Assembly: GCA_028534125.1 (NCBI GenBank) | Contig: CM052818.1 | Location: 1,490,001-1,554,000 of the forward strand | Reading direction: 5' to 3' | Source: Lama glama | Taxonomy: Eukaryota | Length of the DNA stretch: 64,000 nucleotides | Shown here: piece after piece, positions 36,465 to 49,300 of the stretch | Layout: each line of letters starts with the position of its first letter | Position numbering within the stretch: position 1 is the first letter of the stretch | Notes under the pieces: model-generated | What the model saw: the letters and a program-made list of their open reading frames with translations, nothing else | Databases searched by the model: none | What the model was told of the DNA's origin: nothing | Program-made: the position numbers and the translations under genes

Positions 36465-39400
36465 TATCTGCATCCATTCGTCTGTTGATAGACACTTAGG
36501 TTGTTTCCATGCCTTGGCAATTGTAAACAATACTGCTATGGACATTGGGGTGCATGTATCTTTTTGAATTATTGTTTTTGTTTGTTTGTTTGTTTGTTTG
36601 TTTTTGATGTATACCCAGGAGTGGAATTGCTGGGTCATGTGGTAGTTCTATTTTTACTTTTTTGAGAAACCACCATGCTGTTTTCCCCAGTGGCTGTATC
36701 AATTTACATTCCCACCAACAGTATACAAGGGTTCCCTTTTCTCCATAGCCTTGCCAATATTTGTTATTTGTAGACTTTAAAAATAATAGCCATTCTTACA
36801 GGTGTGGGGAAATACCTCACTGTGGCTTTGATTTGCATTTCCCTGATGATTAGTCCCCTATGTTGAGCATCGTTTCATGTGGATGTTGAACCATCTTTGA
36901 TTGTGGTGTTTAATCCTTTTAATGTATTGTTGAATTCAGTTTGCTAATATGTTGTTGAGGATTTTTACATCTATGTCCATCAAGAATATTTGACCTGTGT
37001 TTTTTTTTCCCCCCTGTGTTGTCATTGTCTGGTTTTGGTATCAGGGTAATACTGCCTCATAAAATGTGTTCAGAAGCATTCCCTCCTGTTCACTTTTTGG
37101 GAATGGTTTGAGAAGGATAGGTGATAAGCCATTTTTGAGTATTTGGGAGAATTCACTAGTGAAGGCATCTGGTCTAGGCGTTTTGCAGGGAGGTTTTTGA
37201 TTACTGATTCAATTTCCTTAATAGTAATTGGTCCATTCAGATTTTTTATTTCCTCATGATTCAATCTTGGTAGACTCTTTTAAGAAATTTTTGTTTCTTC
37301 TAGGTGTTCGATTTTGTTGGTACATTACTGTTCGTAGTATTCTCTTATCATTCTTTGTATGTTTGTGGTATCAGTTGTAACTTCCCTTTCATTTCTGATT
37401 TTATTTCTTTGAGCCCTCTCATGTTTTTTCTTGCTCTAGAGGCTTGTCAATTTTATCATCTTAAAGAATCAGCTCTTGGTTTCATTGATCTTTTTTGTCT
37501 TTTTAATCCCGACTTCATTTATTTCTGTGCTGATCTTTTTTTTTCTTCTGTTTATTTGTTTATTCTTCTTTTTCTAGTGCCTTTTAAAGTGTAAAGTTAG
37601 ATTTGTCTTGTTTCTCGATGTAATTCTGTACTGCTGTGAACTTCCTCTTAGAACTGCATTTGCTGCATCCCATAGATTTTAGTATGTCGTATTTCTTTTT
37701 TTTTTTTAAAGGACTTTGTAATTTATTTTATTTATTTTTTGTTGTTCTTAGTATGTCATATTTCTATTTACACTGGTCTCTGGATAATTTTTGATTTGTC
37801 CTTTGGTTTCTTCAGTGACCCATTGGTTGTTCAGTAGCATGTTGTTTAATCGCCACGTCCTTGTGGTTTTCCCAGTTTTCTTCTTATAATGGTCTTCTAG
37901 TTTCCTACCACTGTGATCAGAAAAGATGCTTGATATGATTTCAGTCTTGTTAAATATATTGATACTTGTTTTCTGGCCTAACATGTGACTTATCTTGGAG
38001 AATGTTCCATGCGCACTTGAGAAGAATGTGTATTCTACTGCTTTTGGATGGAGAGTTTTCTGTATCAATCAATTAAGTTTATTTGATCAAAGTGCCATTT
38101 AAGGCTGATGTTTTCTTACTGATTTTCTGTCTGAATGATGTATTCATTGCTGTAAGTAGGGTGTTAAGGTCCCCTACTATTATTTTTATTGCTGTTAATT
38201 TTCTAAGTTTGTGAATATTTGCTTTATATATTTTGGTACTCCTATGTTGGGTGCATACATATTTATGAATGTTATCTTCTTGCTATGCTGACCCCTTTAT
38301 TGTTACATAGTGCTTCTCTGTGTCTTTTTTTACAGTCCATTTTTTCGTATATGAATATAGCTATACCAGCTTTCTTTTTGTTTCCACTTGCATGGAATAT
38401 CTTTTTCCATCCCTTTACATCCAGTCTGTGTATGTCCTTACTTGTGAAGTGAGTCTTTTGTGGGCAGCATATAGATGGGTCTTTTTTTTTTTTTCCAATC
38501 CATTCAGCCACTGTATATCTTTTGATTGGAGAATTTAGTCCATTTACATTTAACGTAATTATTGATAGAGATGCACTTAGTGCCATTCTGTCATTTGTTT
38601 TCTGCCTATTTTTATAGTTTTTCTGTTTTTTTTCTTTTTCTCCTCCCTTGTGGTTAGATGATTTTCTGTAGCACTTTGTTAAGATTCCTTTCTCCTATTC
38701 TTTTGTGTATTTACTATAAGTTTTTTCTTTGTGGTTTTTATAAGGTTCACATATATCATCCTATGTATCTAACAGTCTAAATTGATAGTAACTTAAATTT
38801 GAGAACAGTTTGATATTTTTTGCTACTCCTTGCTACATTTTACATCTTTTTATTTTATGTTCCCTTAAAATTATTGTATTTTTAGCTAATTTTACTTCTA
38901 TGTTTTTTAAGCTTCATGGCAGCTTTATAAGTGATCAATCTGCTACCTTATATATTTACCTTTTCCTGTGAGATTTTTACTTTCATATGTTTTTTCATTA
39001 ATTAGTGTAGTTTTTATTCAGCCTAGAAAAGTCCCTATAACATTTCTTATCAGGCTGGTTTAGTGGTGATAAACTTCTTTAGCTTTTTCTTATCTCTTTA
39101 CTTCTTTTTAAATTTTGAATGATAACCTTGCTGGGTACAGAATTATTGGTTGGCAATTTTTCCCTATCAGCACTTTGAATGTGTCATGCCACTCCCTTCT
39201 AGCCTGCAAAATTTCTTCTGAGAAGTCTGCTGGGAGCCTTATGAGGTTTTCTTTGTATGTAATAAGTTGTTTTTCCCTTACTGCTGTTAAGATTCTCTCT
39301 TAGTCCTTAACTTTTACCGTTTTAGTTCTAAAGTTTCTTGATGTGGTTCTCTTTGGTTTCATCTTAGTTGGAACTCTCTGGATTTTTGTTTCCTTTTCCA

Positions 39401-40120
39401 GATTAGGGAAATTTTCAGCCATTATCTTTTCAAACAGTTTTTCTGACCCTTATTCTTCTTTTTTCCTTCTGGGACCTCTACAGTGTGAATGTTTTTCCAT
39501 TTGATGTTGTCTAAGAGGTTTCTTAAGGTATATTCACTTTTTAAAATTCATTTTTTCTTTTTCATTTTTTGGGTGATTTCCATTGCTTTTTCTTCCAGCT
39601 CATTGATTCATTCTTCTGCTTCGTCCAATCTGCTCTTTGACTCCCTTAAGTGTATTTTTTCAGTTGTGTTATAACCTCTGCTTGCTACTGTCTTGTATTT
39701 TCTATCTTTTTTGTTGAAGTTATCACTGTGTTCAATTACTTCTCTCCTGAGTTTGGTGAGTGTCTTTATGACTATTACTTTCAACTCTTCATCAGGTAGA
39801 TTGCTTATCTCTATTTCATTAAGGTCTTTTTCCAGGCACTTGTCTTGTTTTTTTCATTTGGAATATGTTCCTCTGTCTCCTTATTTTACCTAACTCTGTG
39901 TATTTGTTTATATGTATTAGGAGACACAGTTCACTCAATCTTAATGGAGTGTTCTTGTGTAAGATATGATCTTGTGTAGGAAGATCCCCAGTCTTCCCTG
40001 GCCACCAGTTCCAGGTACTCAAGGGTCTTTCCTCATGTGGGCTGTAAGTGCCCCCCAGCTGTCGGACCTCAACTGCGGTATGGGGAGGCTGAAGTGTGGT
40101 ACGCTTGTCTGGCCTTGTTG
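36030..40120 (-). mobile_element. L1 with 3'UTR, internally deleted ORF2, inter-ORF region, ORF1 and partial 5'UTR
   Basis: ORF2 remnants [51 protein letters not shown]; 38830-39950 is homologous to 15850-17000. Confidence 0.93.
36412..36462. repeat. (TA)25 microsatellite inside an L1 3' end
   Basis: Direct reading. Confidence 0.97.
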
Positions 40121-40982
40121 TGATGTTGGAAATTTGTTTTGAATCTCTATATCACCTTTTAGCATATGCAAATGTTATTGCTTTTTTCCTAAATGTGTAG
40201 AAAGTACTTAAAATTTCTTTTTAGAAGTAGCAAACATTTTATGTTGAGACTATATTAGATTTACTAGGAATATTATTTTTGAAATATCTGAAGGTTAAAA
40301 CACAAAGAATCATTTAAGATGATATATTACTTGCAAGAAAGGAGTCAATAATACCTACTGAGGGTAAAGTTATTTTGAGGATTGACTGAAGTAGTGTATA
40401 CAATGTTCTTGTCATAATGCTTGGCACATACAATGTTATCAGTATATAATAGTTACTATTATGGGGTTCTGACTGTGTGCTTTTTTGGAATAAAGGTGAA
40501 GTATAAGTTGATGTAGCTTTTGATGATGTATATTTGCACGGAGTGGTGAATGCTGTCTACTGTAAACACAAAAATCTACTGAAAGAAAGCAGTATTGAGT
40601 AAGAAATAGCTTGAAGAAGCAGGTCCTATGATATCTTCTTTGTTTCTAAGTCACTTCAGAGCTTCTGCATTCTTCAGTGGTGCCATATGTCTTGCACATC
40701 TCATATTCTAGTTTATTATCTCTTGTAATTTGTTTACACACTGTTAGAGAGCAGTGGTCACTATGTTATCTATACAACTCTTAACAGAGTATGAGTGAAA
40801 TAAATGCTTGTTGACCAAATGATCCATGTCAGGTTTAGCTCTTACGATTTTGGTGTCTTTTTTGAAATATGTAATTAACAGGATGGAATTGCTAATTTAA
40901 ATGCATATGTCATGCAATAAGTATAAAGCCTTCTGTGATGTCTTGTTGATTATAGTACATTACTAATTTTGAGGTAATAAGT

Positions 40983-41621
40983 TGTATTTGTTTGCTAGAG
41001 CTGCCATGCCAGAATGGCACAGGTTGTGTGGCTTAAACAGCAAAAATTTATTTTCTTACAGTTTTGGAGGGTGGAAGTCTCAAGATCAAGGTGCCAGCAG
41101 AGTTGATTTATCCTCAGGCCTCTCTCCTTGGCTTGCAAATGACCACCTTCTTGTGTCCTCACATGACATTTTCTCTGCTTGCATGCCCCTACTGTGTCTT
41201 CCTCTTCTTTTTTTTTTTTTTTTCACCTTTTAAAAATATTTATTTATTTGGTTTTTAAACTTTTTTTTATTGAGTTATAGTTATTTTGCAATATTGTGTC
41301 AAATTCCAGTGTAGAGCACAATTTTTCAGTTATACATGAACACACCAATATTCATTGTCACATTTTTTTTTCACTGTGAGGTACCACAAGATCTTGTATA
41401 TATTTCCCTGTGCTATGCAGTATAATCTTGTTTATCTATTCTACATGTCTTCCTCTTCTTATAATGACACCAGTTCTCTTGTGTTAGGATCCCACACTTA
41501 TGACTTCAGTTAACCTTAATTACCTCCTGAATGGCCCTATTTTCAAATGTTATCTCTTTGCAGGTTAGGGCTTCAACATACGTATGTTGAATTTTGGAAA
41601 GATGCAATTCATTCCATAACA
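40983..41621 (-). mobile_element. MLT1 (MaLR) solo LTR, MLT1A-like
   Basis: tgtatttgtttgctagagctgcc...tggcttaaacagc...caagatcaaggtgccagca...gttagggcttcaacata...caattcattccataaca. Confidence 0.9.
41210..41445 (-). mobile_element. Young camelid-type L1 3' fragment (~236 bp including tail) inside MLT1
   Basis: T-tail at left; perfect 15-bp TSD tgtcttcctcttctt at 41195-41209 and 41446-41460. Confidence 0.94.
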
Positions 41622-42169
41622 GGGTGATTGTAAAAAATATAAATTTTTATTTAGAAAGTATAAGTTCTGTCGGCTTTTGTGCTATTGGAGGAAATCATGT
41701 AATTTCTCTAAGCATCTTTTTTCTCACCTATAAAATAATGACAATAATTAATTTATGTCAAATTTCTTATGTAAAATTGTGGTTATTATGATATTTGATC
41801 CAAATTTCAGATTGTTTATTACAGAACTTTCTATTAACAGGAATGTAACAAGATGAGGATTATTTCTCAGAAAACTAAAGTGAAATGAAGGGTGCCATTA
41901 GGACCATCAGAGGTTGCGTATTGGCAGTCCTTGGGCCAGAAACAGCTTCTAAAATGGTTGTTGGCTTGTAGAGTGCTTAAAAGTTAAAATTAGTCTACAC
42001 CTTTTAAAAGTCAGTTGAATTCACATAAAAATTTGTATTTTCACCTTCGGCTCTTTCTAAGCATGTTAGTAATACACTCACTCTAAGGTATAAAGTTTTT
42101 CCAATGAGGGATAAAGTTTTTCCACTAAGCCACAATCATTGTTGTGTCTCCACCTCTAGAGTAATCCTC

Positions 42170-45100
42170 TCTTTTTAAAAACTTTTAAGAAAGAATTTTA
42201 AATGTTCAGAAAACTTACCAGAGTGCTAAAATGGACAGCCATGTACCTTTTATTCTCAGCCCAGCCCCCCAGCTACAGTTGAGTCATTTGAAAGAAAATG
42301 GCATATTTCATTAATCTGTTATATTTGAACTCTCAATACTGCAACCAGTAGTTTTCTGAGAATGACATTCTTTTGCATAAACACAATACAGTGATCACAC
42401 TCAGGAATTTTAACATTGATACAATACTACCACCTAATATATGACTCATGTACCAGTGTTCCCAATTGTCCCAATAATGTCCTTTATAGCAGATTTTTTT
42501 CATTTTTTTTCCTGCAGCCACATCTAGACACCTATCACATAACTGCATTTAATTTTTATGTCTATTCTTCTTTAATATCCTTCTGTTTAGGTACATTTGG
42601 TGCATCCTTGTGGTTAGGTTCAAGTTAATTTTTTTAAGCAGGAATACTACGAAAGTCATGCTAATTTTTTTGGTGCATCATATTGGGGGTGCACAATTGA
42701 TTAAGCTGGTGTCTACCAGATTTCTCTACTGTAAAGATGCCTTTCGCCCTTTGTAGTTAATAAGTGATCTATAGAGTGATACTTTTAGGTCATGCAGCTA
42801 TCCTGTTTCCTAATAGATTTTTCACTCAGTGGTTGTAGAATTCATTGATGACTCTTTCTTGTATTATGTGTTCCTATGGTGATTATAAATTAGTGATTTT
42901 TGTATCTCTTTCATTTCTTTCATGCTGATTGGTTGGCATTCTTCTATAAAGAACTTTTATCTCCCTTTCCTTTTTATTTGTGTCATTGTTTGCACATATA
43001 TTCTTAATTTATACGCAGTGGTTATAGTCCATTCTTGTCTTTGGTTTTGTTTCTCCACTTGCTCCAGATTTGGCCCATAGGAGTCTCACCCATTGTCCAG
43101 TCTCATCCATTGTCCTTTGACTTATCTTCATCAGCTTTTGAGGACTTCCTTTTTTTCTGGCACAAGATGTTCTTGTTCACTCTAGATTCTGCCCCAGCCC
43201 CAGTGTTAGGTATTTGGTCAAAGAGCTCTTGTTGCTTTTACTGGAGAATGATTTTTAGAAACTGAGATATGGGCATTAGGTATGCTCTTTTTGTGGACAG
43301 AGCTGAGAAATACACATGCTACACCAACATAGACATTTCTATAAATCGTGAGTTAAAACTGATGCTTCCAATTTAAGCTTAATATCACAGGTCTTCCTCT
43401 TCTCCTATTCCGTATTTGTAACTTTGAGAATTCTGGTTTCCAGAGTATTAATATATTTACTCATTTGCATAATCATATAACACAGAATAGTTTCAAAATT
43501 GTTATGCACATGTCACTAACAGCAGTAAATTTGTCAAGTTCAAGATATCTTTGTAGCTCTTCTCATCCTACAATATATCCACTGGGGCTATACAGTTCAG
43601 AGTATTTTGTCCAAATGTTTCTTGGCTATTTTATTTTCTTTTGTGTGATTGTTACCAAATTTGTACATTATTAGATTTATTTGTTTCCTTTTGTATTATT
43701 TTTTGGGGTTCCTTATCCTTACTCATTTAGTTTTTGACTGTGTGAAATATGAACATGGCTCAAAAGGCAAAATTATGTAAGAATATACGTTCAGTGAAAT
43801 CCCATTGTCTTCTTTATCTCTTCTACCCTCATCGTACCTGCCATTTGTTTGTAATTAGTACTGTGAGTTTGTGTGTGTGTGTGTGTATGTACGTACCCTT
43901 TTTCAAACCTTCCACAATATTAACGTATCGCGTATATATTTATACTTTATTTTTCAGTTGAAAATACATTCTGAAAATTATTTCATATCAGTTCATAGAT
44001 GTTTTCATTCCATTTTTACTGCTAAAATTGTACTCCGTTATTTGAATGTACCATAGTTTATGTAACCAGTCTCCTATATGTAGGCATCTAATGATTTCCA
44101 ATATTTTCCTTTTAAAATACAGTGTTTCAACTACACAGCTATGAGAATTGGCTTAAAAAATATTGACAATATGAAGTACTGACAGGGTGTACAGCGACTT
44201 AGATGTTGTTGTGAAAATGGGAATGGTATAGTGAGTTTGGAAAACAGCCTGGCAGTGTATTTTAAAGTTGAGCTTATACTTACCATGTGACCCAGCAATC
44301 TCATTGCAAGGTATTTCCCTATTATGTTCACACAATAACCTGTACCTGAATGTTTATAGCAACTTTATTCACACATTGTCAGAAAGTAGATGCAACCCAA
44401 GTGTCCTTCAGTGAGTGAAGGGATAAATGAACTGTGGTATATCCATAACTGGAGTAACATTCAGAAATAAAAAGAAGTGAGTTGTAGATACATGAAACAA
44501 TATAGATGACTCTCAAATGCATTATACTAAGTGAAAGAAGCCAGATTTGAAAGCTGCATACTATATGAGTCTATTTAAATGACATTCTTGAAAAAGTAAA
44601 ACTCCAGGGACATAAAATGGATCAGTGTTTGTCAAGGGCTGGGTGTTAGGGAACAATCTGACTGCAAAGGGGCATAAGGGAATGTTTGGGGGGTGGTGGA
44701 ACCTTTTTTTAAAATCTAGATTTTGGTAGTGATTCCAGGACTATAATGAACCCTTCAGAACTTACAGAGCTGTTCACTAGAAAGGATGAACTTTACTGCT
44801 GCATACAAAACACCTTAAAACTTTTAAAAAGTTTCAAAATAAACCCGAAAACCTGAGAATTGTTTTCCATATAGCTGGAGGTGTAGCTTCAGGGTGGGTT
44901 CCTAGAAGCAGGATTGTTGATTTAAGGAGAAAATGCACGTGTAGTTTTGTTAGATAATGTCAAATGCTGCTCATGGAGGTTGTGCCATTGTCTGTACCTT
45001 CCCTGTACCACCAGTGATTGAGGTGCTGTTTTCTCACAGCTACTTTCAGAGAGCATTTTGTTAAGCTTTTGAATTTTTGCCAGTTGTGTAGATTTAAAAA

Positions 45101-45300
45101 TGGTATATTTGTATAGTTCTAATTTGCAGTCCCATTACTGTGGGTGAAATGTAGTGTCTGATAAGCTTGAGGGCTATTTGTATCTTTCTTCCCCCCAGTA
45201 AACTATCTGCTCATATCTTTCACTCATTTTTCTCATGATTTTGTTTTTTCCCTTCAATTTTTAATCATTTCTCTCTATATTAGGGATATTTACCTGTCCT
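42170..45300 (-). mobile_element. Old L1MC-type 3' region, interrupted by a + strand L1
   Basis: ctcaggaattttaacattgatacaatac, agatttctctactgtaaag, ctccagatttggcc, ctggagaatgatttttagaaac. Confidence 0.75.
44131..44830 (+). mobile_element. L1 (L1MB/L1ME-like) 3' end
   Basis: ttaccatgtgacccagcaatc, caacccaagtgtccttca, ctaagtgaaagaagccag; possible short TSD gtttcaa at 44124-44130 and 44831-44837. Confidence 0.85.
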
Positions 45301-46284
45301 TTAACTGTAATATTAGATTTTCTTTCTATCCACTTTTGATTAATTTTTCCTTCTCTTAGAACTTTTATACTTAATACTGTATTAGGGCTAAATTACCTTT
45401 TTGCCTAATCGTTTAGAGTTTCTTAGCACATAGTAGATCATTGTTAAATAAAGACCAGTTGAATTTTTATTTCCTAAGTGTTCAGCTTCAAGCAGAGAAT
45501 TCTTGAGGGACTATCATTTGATATTGACCATAAGGTTTTTTGCAGTGCCTCAGTAAGGAGAAATGCTGATTTTCTTCTGCTTAGTGTAAACAACGAGTAA
45601 ATTTAGTGGTAATCTGCTTAGGGATTTCTCAGGAAGAATCCTAGTAGTTTGTGAGAGGCTCAGTAGAAAAATACTATACTTTTTTACGTTAGGGCTCTGG
45701 TCAGGGCATTCTTATATGTTCAAAGGCTTAGAACATTTTTTATACTTCTGATAATTCTAGTCACTTAGAATCCTAGGCTTTCTAATTTTTGTTGGTGTTT
45801 CTGTGGTGTTTAGTCCAACTGTATTAAAGCTTATGTCCCAATGAATTTTACCCTTTTCTCTGAAGTTTGGAAGTCAGGTAGTTCAGAAAGGCACACTGGT
45901 GAGAAATGTTTGCCAGGTATATCTTGGCTTCCAGACATAATATGGGCAGTCAAATTGATCCTCTGAATTCAAAGGCAGTGTCCCTTTAGCTAATTGTTTG
46001 TTGTTTTCTCCCTTGAGAAAAATATCTGGTACATTTTAACAACTTGAGATCCAACTAATAATGTTCAGAAATAGGCACCGAGTCCCTACATTCATTTACC
46101 AATACCAAGAAACCAAATACCAAAGTACTGTTTTGTGTCAAGTGGTAATCAGAAATATTTTCAAGATGGGAATGACTCAGATAATTAGTGAGAAACATAT
46201 CTAAATTCCTTGTGAATTTCTATCATACCCCCTTTGGGTGATCTACCTACTTTGAAAAGTTTCTTAAGAGAAAAATAAATGGCC

Positions 46285-46310
46285 TGTGTGTGTGTGTGTG
46301 TGTGTGTGTG
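46285..46310. repeat. (TG)13 microsatellite
   Basis: Direct reading. Confidence 0.97.
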
Positions 46311-49300
46311 TATCTCCTGGGATGGCTGTGTGAACAACAGGACTGGTGCACACTAATGCATTTCTGTTTTCATGTACTATCTCTGTCAGTAGCGTAGGTA
46401 AATCTCCTTTAGTCCGTTTGTTACTCTTCTTGAGTGGAGGGAGACAAAGGATCTTTTCTTGTACCCCATTCCCGTTTTCTAATGATACGCTTACCCAGTA
46501 GTAAAGCTGGTGGATGTATCAGGTTGTTACCTGCAGAAACTTTTTTCCCCCTGCTTTCCTTCACTAGTGAGTCTTCAAAGATAGTAGAGTGAATTACTAT
46601 CTTCTAATTCCTTTTGGGGGGGGCAGGGAGAAGTGTGTCATAACAATACTAAATGAACATATCTGTTAAAATTTTAATGTCATTATTATTTTAAAACCCA
46701 AATCTCTTTTTTAAAAAAAAAAAGTAAAAACATTTCTGTGTCATTTCTGAGACGAACTTACTCACTAACCTTTCCACTTTCAGAGACTTTCTTTTGACTC
46801 AAACTAAGATGTATTAGAAAAGAAGAAAAGCATACCATAAAAATCAGATCCTGGTATTTTGCAAGAATTTTCATAGTCAGAAATACTCATGTTTCTTCTT
46901 GATACCTAATTTTCCCGTTTCTCCTCTGAATCTTTTTATCTTCCCTAAATTATATTGTTTGCAGGGGTTCATAGGACTGTTTTTTCAGGGTACTTTTCAT
47001 TAACCTCATTTATAAATTTACTTTTCTTAATTTGCAGTTTCCTCTGTCTCTGGGCTCTTTTTGTCCTCTATACAGTGACATCATGTGATAGCTGGTGTAC
47101 TGATAGGATGTAATGCTATTTAACAACAAATAGTCTATGGACAATAATTAGGAAGTATTGCTTTGACTTAAGCTGTTAATATTTATCATAGAATGTAAGA
47201 TTGAAACAGACAGGTTAGCCATATATATTGGTATCTAATGTACATGGTCTCTAGTGGGTATGTGAATGTGTGATTATCAAATGTGGTCATTGCCTCCATG
47301 ATGTCTGCCTGTGGATGTTGAGTTCAGTCACCTGTACATTCTTTTAACAGCTTGTTATTTATCTGTTATTTTAAATTATGTCCAGGTTCTTTTAATTTGT
47401 GTAATATTGAAACATGCTCTGAGGCATAGATTTCTTAGTTACATAATCTAAAATTTTATTTACTATTTGCTCCTGGAAAATAAAGAGGTTTGAGCTGACA
47501 AAAGGCACTCCATTCAGAAACTATATAGAGAATTAGGCAGCTGCTGTCCTTGGTGATGAAATTATTTCCTGTGAATTCTTAAGGAAAACAACTAGTTAAA
47601 AAAGCGGGATAATCTTAAACATATTGTTTGTGGCTACTGTTGGGATGAAGATTGATCTATTTGAACTAGAAAAATACAGACCCCAGTATCTTAATGTCTT
47701 GAGTTCCTGACTGCCAGGCAGAGGAAATGTTTAACTATTTTAATCATGTTTCTGTATCTCAAAAAGAAAGCCCTTATGAGAGGAAATGACAACGTCCTAC
47801 CACAAAGTTATCTCTTATCAGTTATAGTCTCAGTCGATAATGATTTGTCAAACTTGGACATGTGTAAAATGCGAGGGCTGTGTTATTTACTTTGGAAAGG
47901 AAAAATTAGATGAAGCTGATAAAGAAGGAGTCATGGCTTTTGTTAGGAGACAGAAACCATTAGAGGCAGTCATTGTTAGCTTAGGAAAGTGTCCTTGGAC
48001 TCCCTCCCTCTGGCCCCAGCTGAAACCTAAACTTGCTTGAACCATTTTTTGCAACTTGAGGGGAAGGAGGGGTAAAGGGAGAAGAAGAATGAAGACAGCT
48101 CTGACAGAGATTTAGCATTTTAAACGGGGATCAAAATGTGAACCTCAAAACAGGCCAATCTATTTATGTGAGTCAGGAAAGACCGACTTTTGTTCTGGTG
48201 CTCTTCCCCACTTGCATTTATTTAGGTTTTTGAAAGTTCATTCCTTAACCTTCCAAACGTGTGGCATTCCTTCACGTACAGTGTGTGTTGCTTTCCCTCC
48301 ACCTTTCTGTAGATGGAAGTCATTCTTTTTCATTAGTGGAAGCAGAGAAAACACATCTAGCTGAAAGCAACGTGAGTCAGTGCATGCTTAACATACCTTT
48401 CTCCTCCCAGCTCTCCTCTGGGTTCCTCACAGAAGGGAACATGGAGGGAAAATGATTTCTAAACAGTAGGCTATTGGCGGGGTGAGGTGGAAGTAAAGTT
48501 TGTGAACTTTCTGCTCCTTCTCTCCTTGTCTAGATTTCTGTGTGTACCTCTTTCGAAGCAGGAAGGCGTGTGCTTAGGAGGACTTAACTGGATTGTGATT
48601 TCAGAGGCTAGGAAAGAGCAAAGCCAATAATTCCAGGTCAGGGCTCTGGAAGCCGAATGTGATGATGTCGAGGTAGCTTCACAGAGAATAGGTTTGATTG
48701 TAAATATTTGGTGGAGATGACAGGAAAGACCTTTGTCTCCTCTCTAATTGTAAGAATGTTTTTAGTTGGCCCAGATAAACCAATATTCTTAGCCCATTAG
48801 TAAAGGGCTCCATTGGATTATTTGTCACAGATTTCTGGGGAAACTGTCCCCTAAAGTGGATGTTCATTCTGTAAGGATGGGTCTGACATGTGAAAAGGCC
48901 AAGGCTTTGTCTGAGGAATGGCTCAAAAACAGTTTCCTTTTGAGTGAAACTAATTCTGAGTCAAAGCAGTACAAAGTAAATAAACTGCATGAAGAGGAAC
49001 ATATAAACAAAGTTGTGATGAAGTTTGTTATTCAAAATTAGGTAAATTTTTCTTAAACTTTTTATAGTTACATAATTATAATAAATGACCTTATTATCAT
49101 TAATTCTAAATTTTTCAAAATTTCATTTCCTCCAGAGGTCAAAAACTTTTTCTATGCTTTTCTTATCTTTTTAAAATGTGTGTGTAATTTTTAGGTAATG
49201 TAAGTATTATTATAAATATAATTTTATGGTAATTTTCTGTTTCTTCTTTTGAGATTGTTGTTCCCTTAGCTGCAGTTTTCACTAGTAGGCCCTGGTTTTC

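Noticed and set aside
36496..38586. ORFs with endonuclease and RT-associated motifs
   Set aside because: Fragmented L1 ORF2 with stops, frameshifts and deletions; not a host gene or an intact element.
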